This document shows positions 14,601 through 25,747 of a DNA stretch of 64,000 nucleotides, in pieces. The translations under genes and the position numbers were made by a program. How positions within the stretch are numbered: the stretch's first letter is position 1; each line of letters opens with the position of its first letter. Under the pieces are notes generated by a model. That model saw only the letters and a list, made by a program, of their open reading frames with translations. It made no database searches and had not been told where the DNA came from. Origin of the DNA: Tubulanus polymorphus (lineage: Eukaryota > Animalia > Nemertea); assembly GCF_964204645.1 (NCBI RefSeq), contig NC_134031.1, positions 13,069,807-13,133,806 of the forward strand, read 5' to 3'.

Positions 14601-15265
14601 CTTTTTTGCCCCAACCAAATTTCAAAAAAAATATTGTCGGCAATGGCAACTGGACCTTAATGGCTAGGTGGCAGCGAAGGAAGGTGTTAAAATTTCAGTC
14701 ATTTCATGTTTTGATATTCATGACCAAAGGCATAAGGTAAAAATCCAAGTCATTTTCTTTTTCTTGATAATTCGTCAATATTTTTCTAGTTTTACTTTCT
14801 TTGATTTTGTTAGAGCTCAAAATTTCCACAGAATGATAACCAAATCTTAAATTTGAAGTACATATTTGTAAATCGTTACTGTAAATCGGTAAATCTTTAT
14901 TTTCATTATTAGTTTCTTAGAAAAGGTACAAAAAAGGGAAGGGGTGAAATGACAAGGGGCAAAATGTGAAAGTAGTGAAATTGAAAAGGGGCAAAAGGGC
15001 AAAATGGGAATACATACAGTAAGGGATGAAATGGGAATAAACCATATGATATTTACCCATCACCAGGTATATCCCTGAGCTGCAAACCAAGTTTTGCAAG
15101 TTGTGCAGAAAAACTAGGATAGTTTTCATCATCAGCGAGGTATGATTGATTGATTGGAGTTTTATTCTGTTGATGAGCACGTCGTACTGCCCTTTCCTCT
15201 TTCTTACGGGCCATTTTATCTAACCTCTGAGACTTAGTTTCTCCTCCTCTCCTCTTCGATGACAT
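2620..15265 (-). CDS. OTUD3: OTU domain-containing deubiquitinase 3 (spliced; 3' end not located)
   Basis: Exons 15265-15057, 14357-14209, 13858-13746, 10061-9939, 9712-9560 and 2716-2620 have GT-AG introns with consistent phases. The spliced protein contains IPGDG|NCLFRAL (catalytic Cys), [30 protein letters not shown] (catalytic His) and a UBA-like segment VMRESGCD|[24 protein letters not shown], all characteristic of OTUD3. An acceptor near 15300 implies an upstream non-coding exon. Confidence 0.92.
3239..3795. mobile_element. MITE with about 35-bp TIRs in a TAA/TTA context
   Basis: Left AGGCCATCCCAAAATAATTGTCTGTTTGCCGTAAC pairs with right GTTACGGCAAACAGACCATTAATATGGGATGGCT. Confidence 0.7.
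6276..9005. mobile_element. hAT-like non-autonomous DNA transposon with 5-bp TSD
   Basis: TIR CAGTGTTTTCCACGGG...CCCGTGGAGAACACTG flanked by TAAGG on both sides. No transposase ORF. The interior probably holds a second inserted repeat (about 6.8-8.5 kb). Confidence 0.7.
10140..10281 (-). mobile_element. Deleted relic of the left end of the 6276-9005 element
   Basis: Its reverse complement starts CAGTGTTCTCCATGAATCAAATTTATAGCAGGG, matching 6276 onward. Confidence 0.6.
10993..13624. mobile_element. Triple-nested HINE cluster with 146-bp tandem arrays (outer 10993-13624, inner 11667-13432, innermost 12436-13333)
   Basis: Three starts ACAA(G/A)..GCCT(G/A)TCGGCTTATATAGCTC(C/T)GCTG and three ends with (GACG)n plus hairpin GCTGACCTTC(G/A)GTCACAGCGGAGCTA. 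Insertions fall in A/T runs without TSD. Repeat period about 146 bp. Confidence 0.85.
14445..15043. mobile_element. Mutator/MULE-like foldback MITE in an OTUD3 intron
   Basis: Termini GGTGTCTTCCCA / TGGGAATAAACC, with C-rich and G-rich short subterminal repeats in inverted orientation. 9-bp TSD ATATTATAT / ATATGATAT. Confidence 0.7.
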
Positions 15266-15568
15266 ATCAGGCTAATCTTAACATCATTGGAAGATATTTT
15301 CTGAAAAAAATCAAAACTCAACCTATTTTTGATATGTTTGGTAATAAGTAGCCCATAGAACCCACTTTATAGGCCTAGACAAATTCTAAAAAGATTAAAC
15401 AAGAATTTTATTGATCAGAAATTCCAAACAAAAGACATGCGCTCAGGACTCTTACTAGAGATCATGGTCAGGTGTGAATAAAATGATGTAAGCTAGGGGT
15501 ACCGGGTATATATCGAGTTTTGAATTCTTGCGCGAAAAATGTTTTATATTCTCATGTGAGTAAACCAA

Positions 15569-16717
15569 ACTAGGGGTCCTGGGACACCATACCCACTTGG
15601 GAAGTGGTTTCAAATGCTCAACAATCTAACAATTTCAATATTCAACGCCCCCTGGTGGCCATATACGAAAACCAATGACCTTGAAACTCACCACAATCAT
15701 AGAACATGTCATGACCTACAACTTTGCAATTGATCATGGTAACAAAATATGCCTAGGTACCAATTTAATAAGGAAATACTAACTAATTCTACTATTCGAC
15801 GCCCTCTGGTGACCATATGCAAAACCCAATGACCTTGAAACTCACCACAATCGTAGAACATGTCATGAACCACAACTTTGCAATTTATCATGGTAGCAAA
15901 ATATGCCTAGGTACCGATATAATAGGGATAAACTAAGTTATTCTACTTTTTCAACGCCCCCTGGGGACCATATAGAATAACTTATGTCCTTAAAACTCAC
16001 CATAATCATAGACGATGTCATGAGCTACAACTTTGCAATTTATTGTGGTAACAAAATATTCTCAATATAATATAGAAATACTAACTTATTGTATTATTCA
16101 ACACCCCCTGGTGGCCATATACAAAAACCAATGACCTTGAAACTCACCAAAATCATAGTACACGTTATGAGCTACAACCTTCCAATTGATTGTTGTGACA
16201 AAATATGCTTAGGTATCAATAAAATGAGGAAAAACTTTTTCCCACCTACGAATGAGTACTGATGGCACCAAGATGGCCGCCAATTGCGTCATAATTGGCT
16301 GATCAAAAATATCAGTCTCAGGTATAAAACATCCCTTTTTAAAGAATACCCATCAGCGATTGCAATGGAATATACCAAACCAGTAGGGAGCTACAGGACT
16401 CAGAATTCGGATCAAAATTGACATTTTTGGGCACTAAAAAGGTCATAAGACGGCCATCTTGAGTCCAATCCACCCAATTTTTTCTTAAGCTGATGGGCCC
16501 TTAGGGGTTCAAATATATACCAAAGATCAAGGTAATTGATCAAAGCGTCTTTAAAATTTCCCTCAAAAAGTTAAAAAATGTGTAAAAAGTGCTGATTTTG
16601 GCGAACAACAATGGCTGCCAGTTGGCCATCTTGATTCTGACAGAGCCATCTCAAAACGGACTACAGACGAAAAGTGAATGCAATAGCCCACTGGGACTAA
16701 AGTCCCAAGTGGGCTTA
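15569..16717. mobile_element. HINE, TAGCCCACTTGGGAC family, full length (inverted relative to the 31675 copy)
   Basis: Reverse complement of 31675-32893. Hairpin GCCCACTGGGACTAAAGTCCCAAGTGGGC and about 154-bp tandem repeats. Confidence 0.85.
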
Positions 16718-16879
16718 AAACGTGTTTAATATTTATATTTTGATGATTTATATTGGGAAGCCGGGACTTGATTGAATTTGATTGAATCTAGTTTCACTTT
16801 CGAGATATCACATATGAACTGGATCGATAAAATGAACAAACGAATACTTCGATCCTAAATCATTCTCAATGTTACTCTT

Positions 16880-17243
16880 TAGCCCATTTGGGACTTTAGT
16901 CCCAAATTGGCTATTGCATTTACTTTTCGTCTGTAGTCCGTTCTGAGATGCTTCAATGTAACTTTATATTTGGGTTACACATGTATCTACCCTAGACACA
17001 TCTTCAGCCCAAAAACTGGCCCTGTCAGATTCAAGATGGCCGACTGGCATCCATTGTTGTTTGCCAAAATCAGCACTTTTTACACATTTCGAAGTTTTCG
17101 AGGGAAATTTTGAAATCGTTCGTACATATTTGTATCCCCCAAGGGCCCATCAGCATGAGATAAATTGGGTCGATCAGACTCAAGATGGCTGTCCTGTGAC
17201 CTTTTTTGTGCCCAAAAATGACATGGTTTATATAGTAATAGGC
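16880..17243. mobile_element. HINE, TAGCCCACTTGGGAC family, partial
   Basis: Starts TTTAGCCCATTTGGGACTTTAGTCCCA; homologous to 31675 onward. Confidence 0.8.
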
Positions 17244-17694
17244 TCAGCCTATGGCTGGCCTAAAAATCATCGTCAATTTTATTTCTTCTTTTTTAGTTTT
17301 CTCATTGGAGAATTCTATGTTTTATCAGTAATATATAAAAGCCTACTTGTAAATTCGACAGCAAATGTTGTACAATTCTGCTCGTGTTGTTTACATTAGT
17401 AGATCAAGATGACGTCACACTACATCGCTAAAATCCCCAAATACGGCATTAAATTGCCAATTTAGGCTTCATCAATAGCCTTCAAAAGCAGTGGCCACTT
17501 ATGCTGGGTTACACACACGATTTTCTGTCGAGGAATCGAGCAACTCACAGTCGAGCACAACTCGACTCTCGACTAATTGAGAGAAATAAAACATGCTCCT
17601 CGACTGAGTCGAGAGAAATCTAGCCAATCAATGTGCAGTAAACTCACGTACTTTTAGTTTTCCTTTCTGGTAAGAGAGGGCGATATATTTCAAC

Positions 17695-19540
17695 ATGGCT
17701 GCCCCCATAGAGAACAGTGATAAAATAGAGATTATGATTCATCTTTTTGAAAAAGCTGAATGTTTGTGGTGAGTGGAGTCCCTGGATTATCGAAATAGAG
17801 ACCTAAAACGGAAGGCACTAACTGATATAGCCGCCGCGTTAAATTGGACAGGTAATTATCAAACAATGCTACGTTTTATGAGCGCAATAATAACAAATTC
17901 AAATTAAATATTAATTGTATGCTTATTTATTATTTTACATTCATCGTCATATTTTCTACAAAAAAAATTCAATTATCACTGCTCATTACAAATCATCAGA
18001 GTTCTCTTCATTCAATTCATCTTTTTCTTTAAAGCTGAGGAAGCCAAAAAGAAGATTTGGAATCTTCGAACGTACTTCAACAGGGAGTTCCAAAAAATAA
18101 ATGTTAAGAAGTCGGGGGCTGGTGCAAATGACAGTTATAAGTCCAAGTGGGCCTACTTTGAAATGCTATATTCTTCTTGGAACCGTATGCCCAGAAGCAG
18201 AAGACAATATCTAATCTGGTGAGTTCATTCAATATTCCACTGCCATGAAACCTGGCCATTATCACTCAAGAAATATTTACACAGGTTATCTCGGACAGCT
18301 TAAGCTCTGTTTGAACTCCTATTAGTATTTTGCCGCTCAATCCGGTCCATCTGAATGCCTGACTCTCTCCAAGTTCCATCGACTACTTCACGAGTTACTG
18401 GGTCTTCTCTGTCAAATGTTGCATCAACATTCTCCCCAATTAGATAATTATGTAACACACACGTTGCAAGTGTTATAAGCTCGATTTTGTCCGGTGACAA
18501 AGATATTGCTGTATGAAAAATCCTGAAACGATTTGCCAATATCCCGAATGCGTTCTTTAATACTCTTCGTGCACGGGAAAGACGGTAGTTGAAAATTCGT
18601 CTATTTCTTGTTAAGCTACGTCGAGGATAGGGCTTCATGATATAATTCTAAAGAGGAAATGCGTCATCTGCAACAATTGTCATGGGAATTGTCCTTGTTC
18701 CTGGACTCATTGCTTTTCCTCTAGGAATATTCAGGCTGTTTTTCTCTAATGCATCGCAAGGAGAAGAATTTCTGAAGATGCCTCCATCACTAACTAGCTC
18801 TGCCCGAACTTCCAACGTCAACATATATAAACTTGTAATTTGCATCGACCAAGCCAAGAAGTACAATGCTATTAAAACCTTTGTGATTACAATACAAAGA
18901 GCCAGATTTCTTTGGAAGTTGTATTCTAATATGTTTTCCATCATGGGCACCATTACTGTTTGGAAAATTCCATTTTTTTTCAAATTCCACAGCAATTTTC
19001 TGCCAATCTTCACTTGTATTTGGAACCTACGAGATAAGAAATTAACATTGCATTTCATTTAAGTAATAATGATGTTATTTATTGTTTTTGTAAAATCATT
19101 CTGAGTAAGAATTGAATTTGTTAACTCAGAACACACAAGAGCATGAGGAATGCGATGAGGTTGAGAGAGAAGATGATGATCAAGATGAGGATGAGTTGCA
19201 GTTTAGTAGGGTGATGTCGCAAACCCCATCTACTTCAACTAGCAACATTGAAACGGAAAAAAGAAAACTCAAAAATGTTCTCCAGCCAAAAAAAAAACGA
19301 ACGAAACCAGAGGACGATGTGATGAGGCAGGCAATCGTGACTTTGAAGGGAGTCAGAGAGAGAAAAAATGAACCTGAAAAAAACATTGAAACGGAAGACG
19401 ATATAACTGCAAAGTACTTAGCTTTGCAATTATCAAAAATAAAAAATGAGCAAATGAAAGAGCTCGCAAAATTAAGAATCAATCAAATCTTATTTGAGTG
19501 CCAGTTTGGAGAAGACGCAAGTAATTTTAATCGTAATTAA
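17695..19540 (+). pseudogene. Harbinger accessory MADF/Myb-SANT protein, spliced and disrupted
   Basis: Exons 17695-17851 (ECLW*VESLDYRNRDLKRKA), 18035-18218 (KKKIWNLRTYFNRE..SGAG..YKSKWAYFEML) and 19130-19540 (acidic linker, then AKYLALQL..AKLRINQILFECQF). Confidence 0.8.
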
Positions 19541-20220
19541 AATGCTGAAAACTATAATCGCCCAAATACCATGTATCAAAATAATAATAATACATATACT
19601 TCTCTATGATAATAATTTCATAATCCACATGTAACTACATTGTATATGTATACCTGTTCACATAGTTGCAAATAAAAATGTCATTGGTATTTTGAATAAC
19701 GTTTGTTGCTTACTTTTAAATATTCATCTTTAAGTGCAATGTATATTGCACCGTATACCTCCGGAATGATAGTAGACAGCGTGTTTTTGGGGATTCGAAA
19801 ACTGTACTGCAAGGATTGATAGCTTTCACCTGGAAATGAAAATAATAATAAGCTGTTAATGTAGAAAATCAATAGTTGTAGGTAAATTTTAGTGGAAGCT
19901 CCATGCAATATCTGATATCCAATATCTTACCTGTCGCTAGAAAACGCAATGTTAGGCCTACAGCAAGCCTTCCGTCTGCAGGAATTGCTCGTCTCATATG
20001 AGAGTATCTATTTTTTCAATGAGGGGAGAAATCTTAGATAAGATCTCATCACACTGCAATTTCGTAACTCTCAGATAGTTGCGGTAAATATACCATCTGA
20101 CACACGGCGTGATATCCATGGTCGCTCCCATTGAAGTTTTTTTTCTTTTTTGTAATTTTCTTTTTTTCTTTTTGATTGCTGCCGCAATGATTAGCATCAT
20201 GATATTTCTTCTTCGTCCAT
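18225..20220 (-). pseudogene. Harbinger DDE transposase (HARBI1-like), spliced and disrupted
   Basis: Exons about 20220-19931 (LRFLATG), 19829-19714 (ESYQSLQYSFRI) and 19026-18225 (WNFPNSNGAHDGKHI, VADDAFPL, FNYRLSRARRVLKNAFG, GQVSWQ). Frameshifts and stops are present, and the third catalytic E appears as K. Confidence 0.88.
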
Positions 20221-20944
20221 CTCTGAGTATAGCCTATGCACTGACCACAACTGTATCTGGAGTTGTGTAACTAGTTGTGTGTGTGAACAAACATCTTGAC
20301 TCAATTTTGTTTATTTCTGTTTATTTAATTAATTGGGGCAATGGTTGAGAAGTTGAGAAATGAGACAACTATTCAACTTCTCTTCAAAAAGTCGTGTGTG
20401 TGAACCCAGCATTTGCTGCCATTATAACAGCCAACTAAATGCAGACCTTAGCCCGTGAATCATTTCACACTCGGAGGAGATAGCATTCAACACGAATTCA
20501 GCACTCCGTTTTATACTAATAGATTCAGCTGATTCATACTAATAAATTCTTTTGATTAACTGATTGAAAATTCTTTAACATTTTTAACCCAGAAATTAAA
20601 GGGGAGTACAATACCCACACGAAAACGACAACGTTTGTTTAACCGAAAACCTTGCTTCCCTGTTACTTCCAATTCAATCGTGTAGATGCGCGCCTTTCAA
20701 AATACAGGCTCCAAAAGCATGTTCCAACGGAGCCGATTTTTTAGTGCCTCTGTGTAGATGGGCCTATAGATGATCCGGAAATATCAAATAGAATTGTGAT
20801 TTCACCTGCTTACTTGAATAAACCGCTTTGTACAGCAGCACCACGCATAATATGACTTGCTCGACACACATGGTCACCAAAAAAATCAATAATAACCTTA
20901 GTTTTCCTCCTTACTGTTACACTCAGTACCACTACGTAAGTAGT

Positions 20945-22385
20945 GATAATAATTTATAATATTAATAATAATTTATTGAGCCTGAAATCCATATAAAATA
21001 TGCTCATTGGCTTTACAATATAAAAACACAATTTAAACATAAAGATAGAAAAAACAATTTACATCATTAATTAAAAGTTTTAGTGAACAAATGGGTTTTA
21101 AGTTGCGATTTAAAAACATCAGTAGAAGGACTAGATTTAATTGCATCTGGTAAGGAGTTCCAAAGTAGTGGGGTGGAGTAAGAAAAAGCCCTGTGACCCG
21201 CAGAGACTAGATTGACACGAGGGATGACTAGAAGTGATTGACTGTTTGATCTTAACATTGAGAGGATGCCTTGTATTGCACTAATGATTTCAAATATTGT
21301 GGGGCCTGACCATTCAAGGATTTATAAGTAAGAATCAAGATTTTAAATTGGATGCGGTATTTGATTGGAAGCCAATGCAGATCGTATAGAATCGGTGTTA
21401 TGTGACAAAATTTTGAGTTTCGAGTCAGGATCCGGGCAGCAGAATTTTGAACACGTTGTAATTTATCTAAAATGTTGTCAGGGAGGACAAAGAGTAAAGA
21501 GTTGCAATAGTCAAGGCGAGTTGTCACAAAAGCGTGAATAAGGCGATCAGCAATTCCTTGATTCAAAAACTGTCTGATCTTACTAATGTTTCTAAGGTGA
21601 TAGAAAGCTACAGAGCATAAGTGGTTTACATGTTTTGCCATGGACATGTTCTGATCAAAAATGACGCCGAGATTACGTAAGGAGTGAGATGAAGTAATTA
21701 CAGCATCATCAAGATTGAGATCAAATGTGCGAAGCTTAGTAAGCTGTGATGGAGAGCCAATTAGGGAGAACTCAGTTTTGTCACCGTTTGCCTGAAGAAA
21801 GTTTAAATCCATCCAATGTTAAAGTTCAGTATAGCAAAGTTGGAGTTTATTTTTGGACACCAATTCGTTAACTTTTGGTTTTATCCTGATATACAACTGT
21901 GAATCATCTGCATAAAAATGAAAATCTAAATTGAATTTCCTTATGATATCGCCAATAGGATGAACGTAAATGGTGTACAGCAGGGGACCTAAAACAGACC
22001 CCTGCGGTACACCAAATTTGAGCAAACATGGTTCAGACTTAGAGTCGCCTATACAAACAGTTTGATAGCGATCAGTAAGGTAGGCTAAGATTCTAACCAT
22101 TGGTAGCAAGTACCTGACAGACCAATTCGGTGTTTAACACGAGCGAGTAGAGTATCATGGTCAATAGTGTCGAAGGCGGCGCTCAAATCGAGCATAACCA
22201 GCCCAACTACCATACCCTGGTCAATTGACATCAAAATATCATTCTGAACACGTACAAGAGCAGTCTCTGTACTACAGCCTGACTTATAAGCCGACTGGTA
22301 AACCTCATGTAAACCATTATTTTGAAGATGTTGATTAAGCTGATGAGCTACTACTCACTCCATTACTTTTGATATGAAAGGAGGT
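20945..22385 (-). mobile_element. 5'-truncated L2/CR1-clade LINE (RT and 3' tail)
   Basis: LDLSAAFDTIDH, GVPQGSVLGPLLY, FYADDSQLY, LHWLPI, KTHLF; (ATT)n-like tail near 20945-20975; stops and frameshifts. Confidence 0.9.
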
Positions 22386-22768
22386 TATCTATAATTTCAG
22401 ACAACCTCTTTGGATTGTTATAGTTACTATTTATCTTATCAGCTAAATGCTGTTTTAGTATTCATAACGGGACTGAGTATAATTTGTTACGGTACTGTAA
22501 TTGACCAGTAAAATGACCACTGAAGCATGCATACATTTCTATTTTTCTGCGGAAAAACAAATATGATGATAATTATATGTTAATGATAATCATGTGTTAC
22601 ATGTTTTATTTCAATATCTCTTTTTTATGTTGCCCCTTATTAAATTCTGTAACGCAACGTATAATTTCAGGACTGTACCGTATGATTTCAGAACCGTTAC
22701 GCATACTAAGCACCATAACGGATAGATTTTGGTCATTTAAAGGATTTCTTTTGGGTGAAATGCCCTGT

Positions 22769-22772
<4 letters not shown>

Positions 22773-22814
<42 letters not shown>
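22773..22814. repeat. (TA)n microsatellite
   Basis: About 21 TA units. Confidence 0.95.
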
Positions 22815-22816
<2 letters not shown>

Positions 22817-23363
22817 CTCCTAGTCCCAAATACTCGGGACGAAAATTAACCTATCTAGGCCTAAAGTCTATCCCAGTGGTTATGATCGCGGTGCATCAAC
22901 CAGTTCATATCATAGCAGATCTTGAACCCCGTGGTTTCTATGTGCTCAATCCCAAGTAACTGAGGTCAGGCAACTACTACATTCAAAAGTGAATAATACA
23001 TCCTGGTCATTCACTCCCTTTATTCCTCTAGATTTGGTTTTTTCTTGTATATTCTCAAAGAACATCGATTACTTAAAATGTATTAAAGCATGGAATTCGA
23101 GTTTTCGTGGATCAATTTCTTATTTTGTGCACTTTACAAAACTAGACATGCGCAAATATGTTAACAAATGACTATTTGTGGATTTGATTATTATCTTTTG
23201 GCCCCCAAACCCCCCCCCCCGCAGTGGCTTCGCAGGCATCCTGGGGCGGGGGGAGAGAGAACGAGGAGCCTCCGGAGTAGGCCTAGGCTAGTAGACACCT
23301 AGTTAGTTACCTAATCGTTGGTGGTAAGCTTTTTGGCTTTTTATAGTCGGATGGGCTTGTAAC

Positions 23364-24853
23364 TTCACCAAGAACCTTAGTGTCTGATGTACCACAGACA
23401 CTAAGATGCGAACGACATTTTCTCAATACTCTTAAATCACTGTGACTTTAAACCATCAGAAATCCAGTTTCACTAAACCGATTGTAAAAAATAAACCATC
23501 GTTACAAACCTCATACATTCAGTTTTCTTATTATTATATTCATTCGGAGGTTCCTTCATCATAATCTGTGCTTGATGCGATATAAATACAGAAATAGCAA
23601 TGTTGTCTTCGCTGTGCCTTCGCTGAATAACAAATTGAAGTCAATATTCGGTTATGGAGCGGTCACAGCGTCGATTTCCGGTTGTGGAGCGTATTTAGAT
23701 TGATTTTAAAATCTAAGTTAATAAAGTTCTATGAATTGAATTGTATTTGTATAGCTTGTGGCGCCACACTTCCAGTCGCATGCCGTGATCTAAAATAAAA
23801 AATAAAAAAAAACCTCCCGCCCTACCCAAGCTTTTTGAAGAAAAGGACGATAAACAACTAATTTTTTTTATTTGGCCTAACACTGTAGTTCATTAGCAAC
23901 AAGACAACTTGAGCGATGCGTGTCTCATCGTTAAACAGCGCATCAATTTTATATCTTAAATCTAGTCATACTAAGATCAAATTTGTTGTCAAAATGATAT
24001 AATGAACTATCGCAGGACATCATCAGGTTAGTGTAGATAGTTTATTTATCAAAATCGGTTGATTACAAGCTGAGATATCGCAGTTTGAACACGGACAAAA
24101 AAAGCCGACCAAATTCTGGTCGGCAACTGTACAGCGAATTTGAATGCACGCATCTGGATGGTTGGTTACACTAGGATCGTAGAGCGACGGAGATCACCGG
24201 TGGAGACAACCACTGCCAGTGCTGGGTGAACTTTCACCAAGAACCTTAGTGTCTGATGTACCACAGACACTAAGACACGAACGACATTTTCTCGATACTC
24301 TTAAATTCCTGTGACTTTAAACCACCAGAAATCCAGTTTCACCAAATCGATTGTGAAAAATAAACTATCATTACAAACCTCACATATTCAGTTTTCTTAT
24401 TATTATGTTCATTCGGAGGTTCCTTCATCGTAGTCCGTGCTTGATGCGATATAAATACAGAAATAGCAAAAATGACACCATTTTTTCACTTTGAAACTAG
24501 GCATTGTAACACTGTAGTTCGTTAGCAACAAGACACTTGAGCGATGCGTGTCTCATCGCTAAACAGCGCATCATTTTTGTATCTTAAATTTAATCGTACT
24601 AAAATCAGATTTATCGTCAAAATGATATAATGAACAAACGTAAGACATCATAAGGTTAGTGTAGATAGTTTATTTATCAAAATCGGTTGTTTATTTGCTA
24701 TATCGCAGTTTGAACACAGGCAAAAAAATGCCGACAGTAGTTGTGTCGGCAAGTCACGCGAATTTGAATGAACGTGTCTGGGTGGGTGGTTACAGAGGAT
24801 CGTAGAGCAACGTAGATACACTGTGGAGACAGCCACTGCCAGGACTGGGTGAA
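23364..24853. mobile_element. Two head-to-tail copies of an unclassified 8-bp-TSD element (23364-24230 and 24233-24853)
   Basis: Termini TTCACC...GGTGAA, internal hairpin CTTAGTGTCTG/CAGACACTAAG, TSDs CTTGTAAC and GGTGAACT. Copy 1 carries an extra segment of about 280 bp. Confidence 0.75.
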
Positions 24854-25029
24854 GGTGAACTTGTAACAATAACATGTGTAATATAGGCCTGCTAATAAAT
24901 ATCCGATCGTGAAACTAAACCACAGTCAGGTTACTTACTAAACTTACTAGAAGACACCCGTCCCCACATTTTTTTACACAAGTTTAAGCAGCCCTTGATT
25001 TTCGTTTTTAGGAAAGCAGTCGAACTTAC

Positions 25030-25396
25030 CAAACATCTCTATTATATAACGATATAACGAAAAATTACTTTCATCATCCGAAACAAGAAAATATGGTGGC
25101 AGCGCATAAATTGAATTGACTTGATCGAAACGACCATTTCTCGGTCGGTCAAGATATGGTTTATTTCAAAAAGCAAATTCAAAAAATTGACAACCGGTTG
25201 AAATTCTCTACAGTCCAGCAATTTTGTATCATCGATATCGTAAAAGCAATGCCGCTATTTGAAATCGTCGTTTCATGATTATAATGACTGTGGATAAAAA
25301 AGAACATGGCTGCGCCCATGGTTAATGCGTTTTTTACATTATTCTATTGTTGTACACTTGATTGAATGGTTTTAGATTGTCATTTATCGAGCAAAG
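25030..25396. promoter_or_regulatory. Putative bidirectional promoter with non-coding first exons of OTUD3 (-) and DHX16 (+)
   Basis: Divergent strong donors: minus-strand G|GTAAGT at 25029 and plus-strand AAG|GTGAGT at 25397. YY1-like AACATGGCTGCG near 25302. Both ATG-bearing exons are preceded by acceptors (about 15300 and 33446). Inference only. Confidence 0.45.
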
Positions 25397-25747
25397 GTGA
25401 GTAATATGTAATAGATGAAATCTAAGTGACGAACGCCACGGTCAATGTGTGATTAATTTTCACATTTAGTAAGAAATCGATTCGGAAACAACCTCTCTCT
25501 CTCATCTCAGTCTTCTTCAACTTCTTCACCACGTACTGCGCCACGGACGGAGTGAATGAAATCGAAAACACTCAAAATAAAGAGAAAATGTTGTCAGTGA
25601 CCTAAGGAACACATTTAATGTTGTCATTAAAACTGGAAAGAAAAACAAATCAATTTTATTTAATATTGAAATCATACACCCACTGTAGATTTGGGCCCAA
25701 AGCATTACCGGGTAATAATAAAATTAAATCAATTCTTAGTTAAAAGG

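Larger units (their letters stand above)
17502..20411. mobile_element. PIF/Harbinger DNA transposon (decayed, complete)
   Basis: TIR TGCTGGGTT(C)ACACACACGA at both ends; flanks TTA / TTT. Carries a HARBI1-type transposase and a MADF/Myb partner gene. Confidence 0.9.

Noticed and set aside
14425-15180. Pro/Phe-rich ORFs
   Set aside because: Translations of MULE subterminal repeats.
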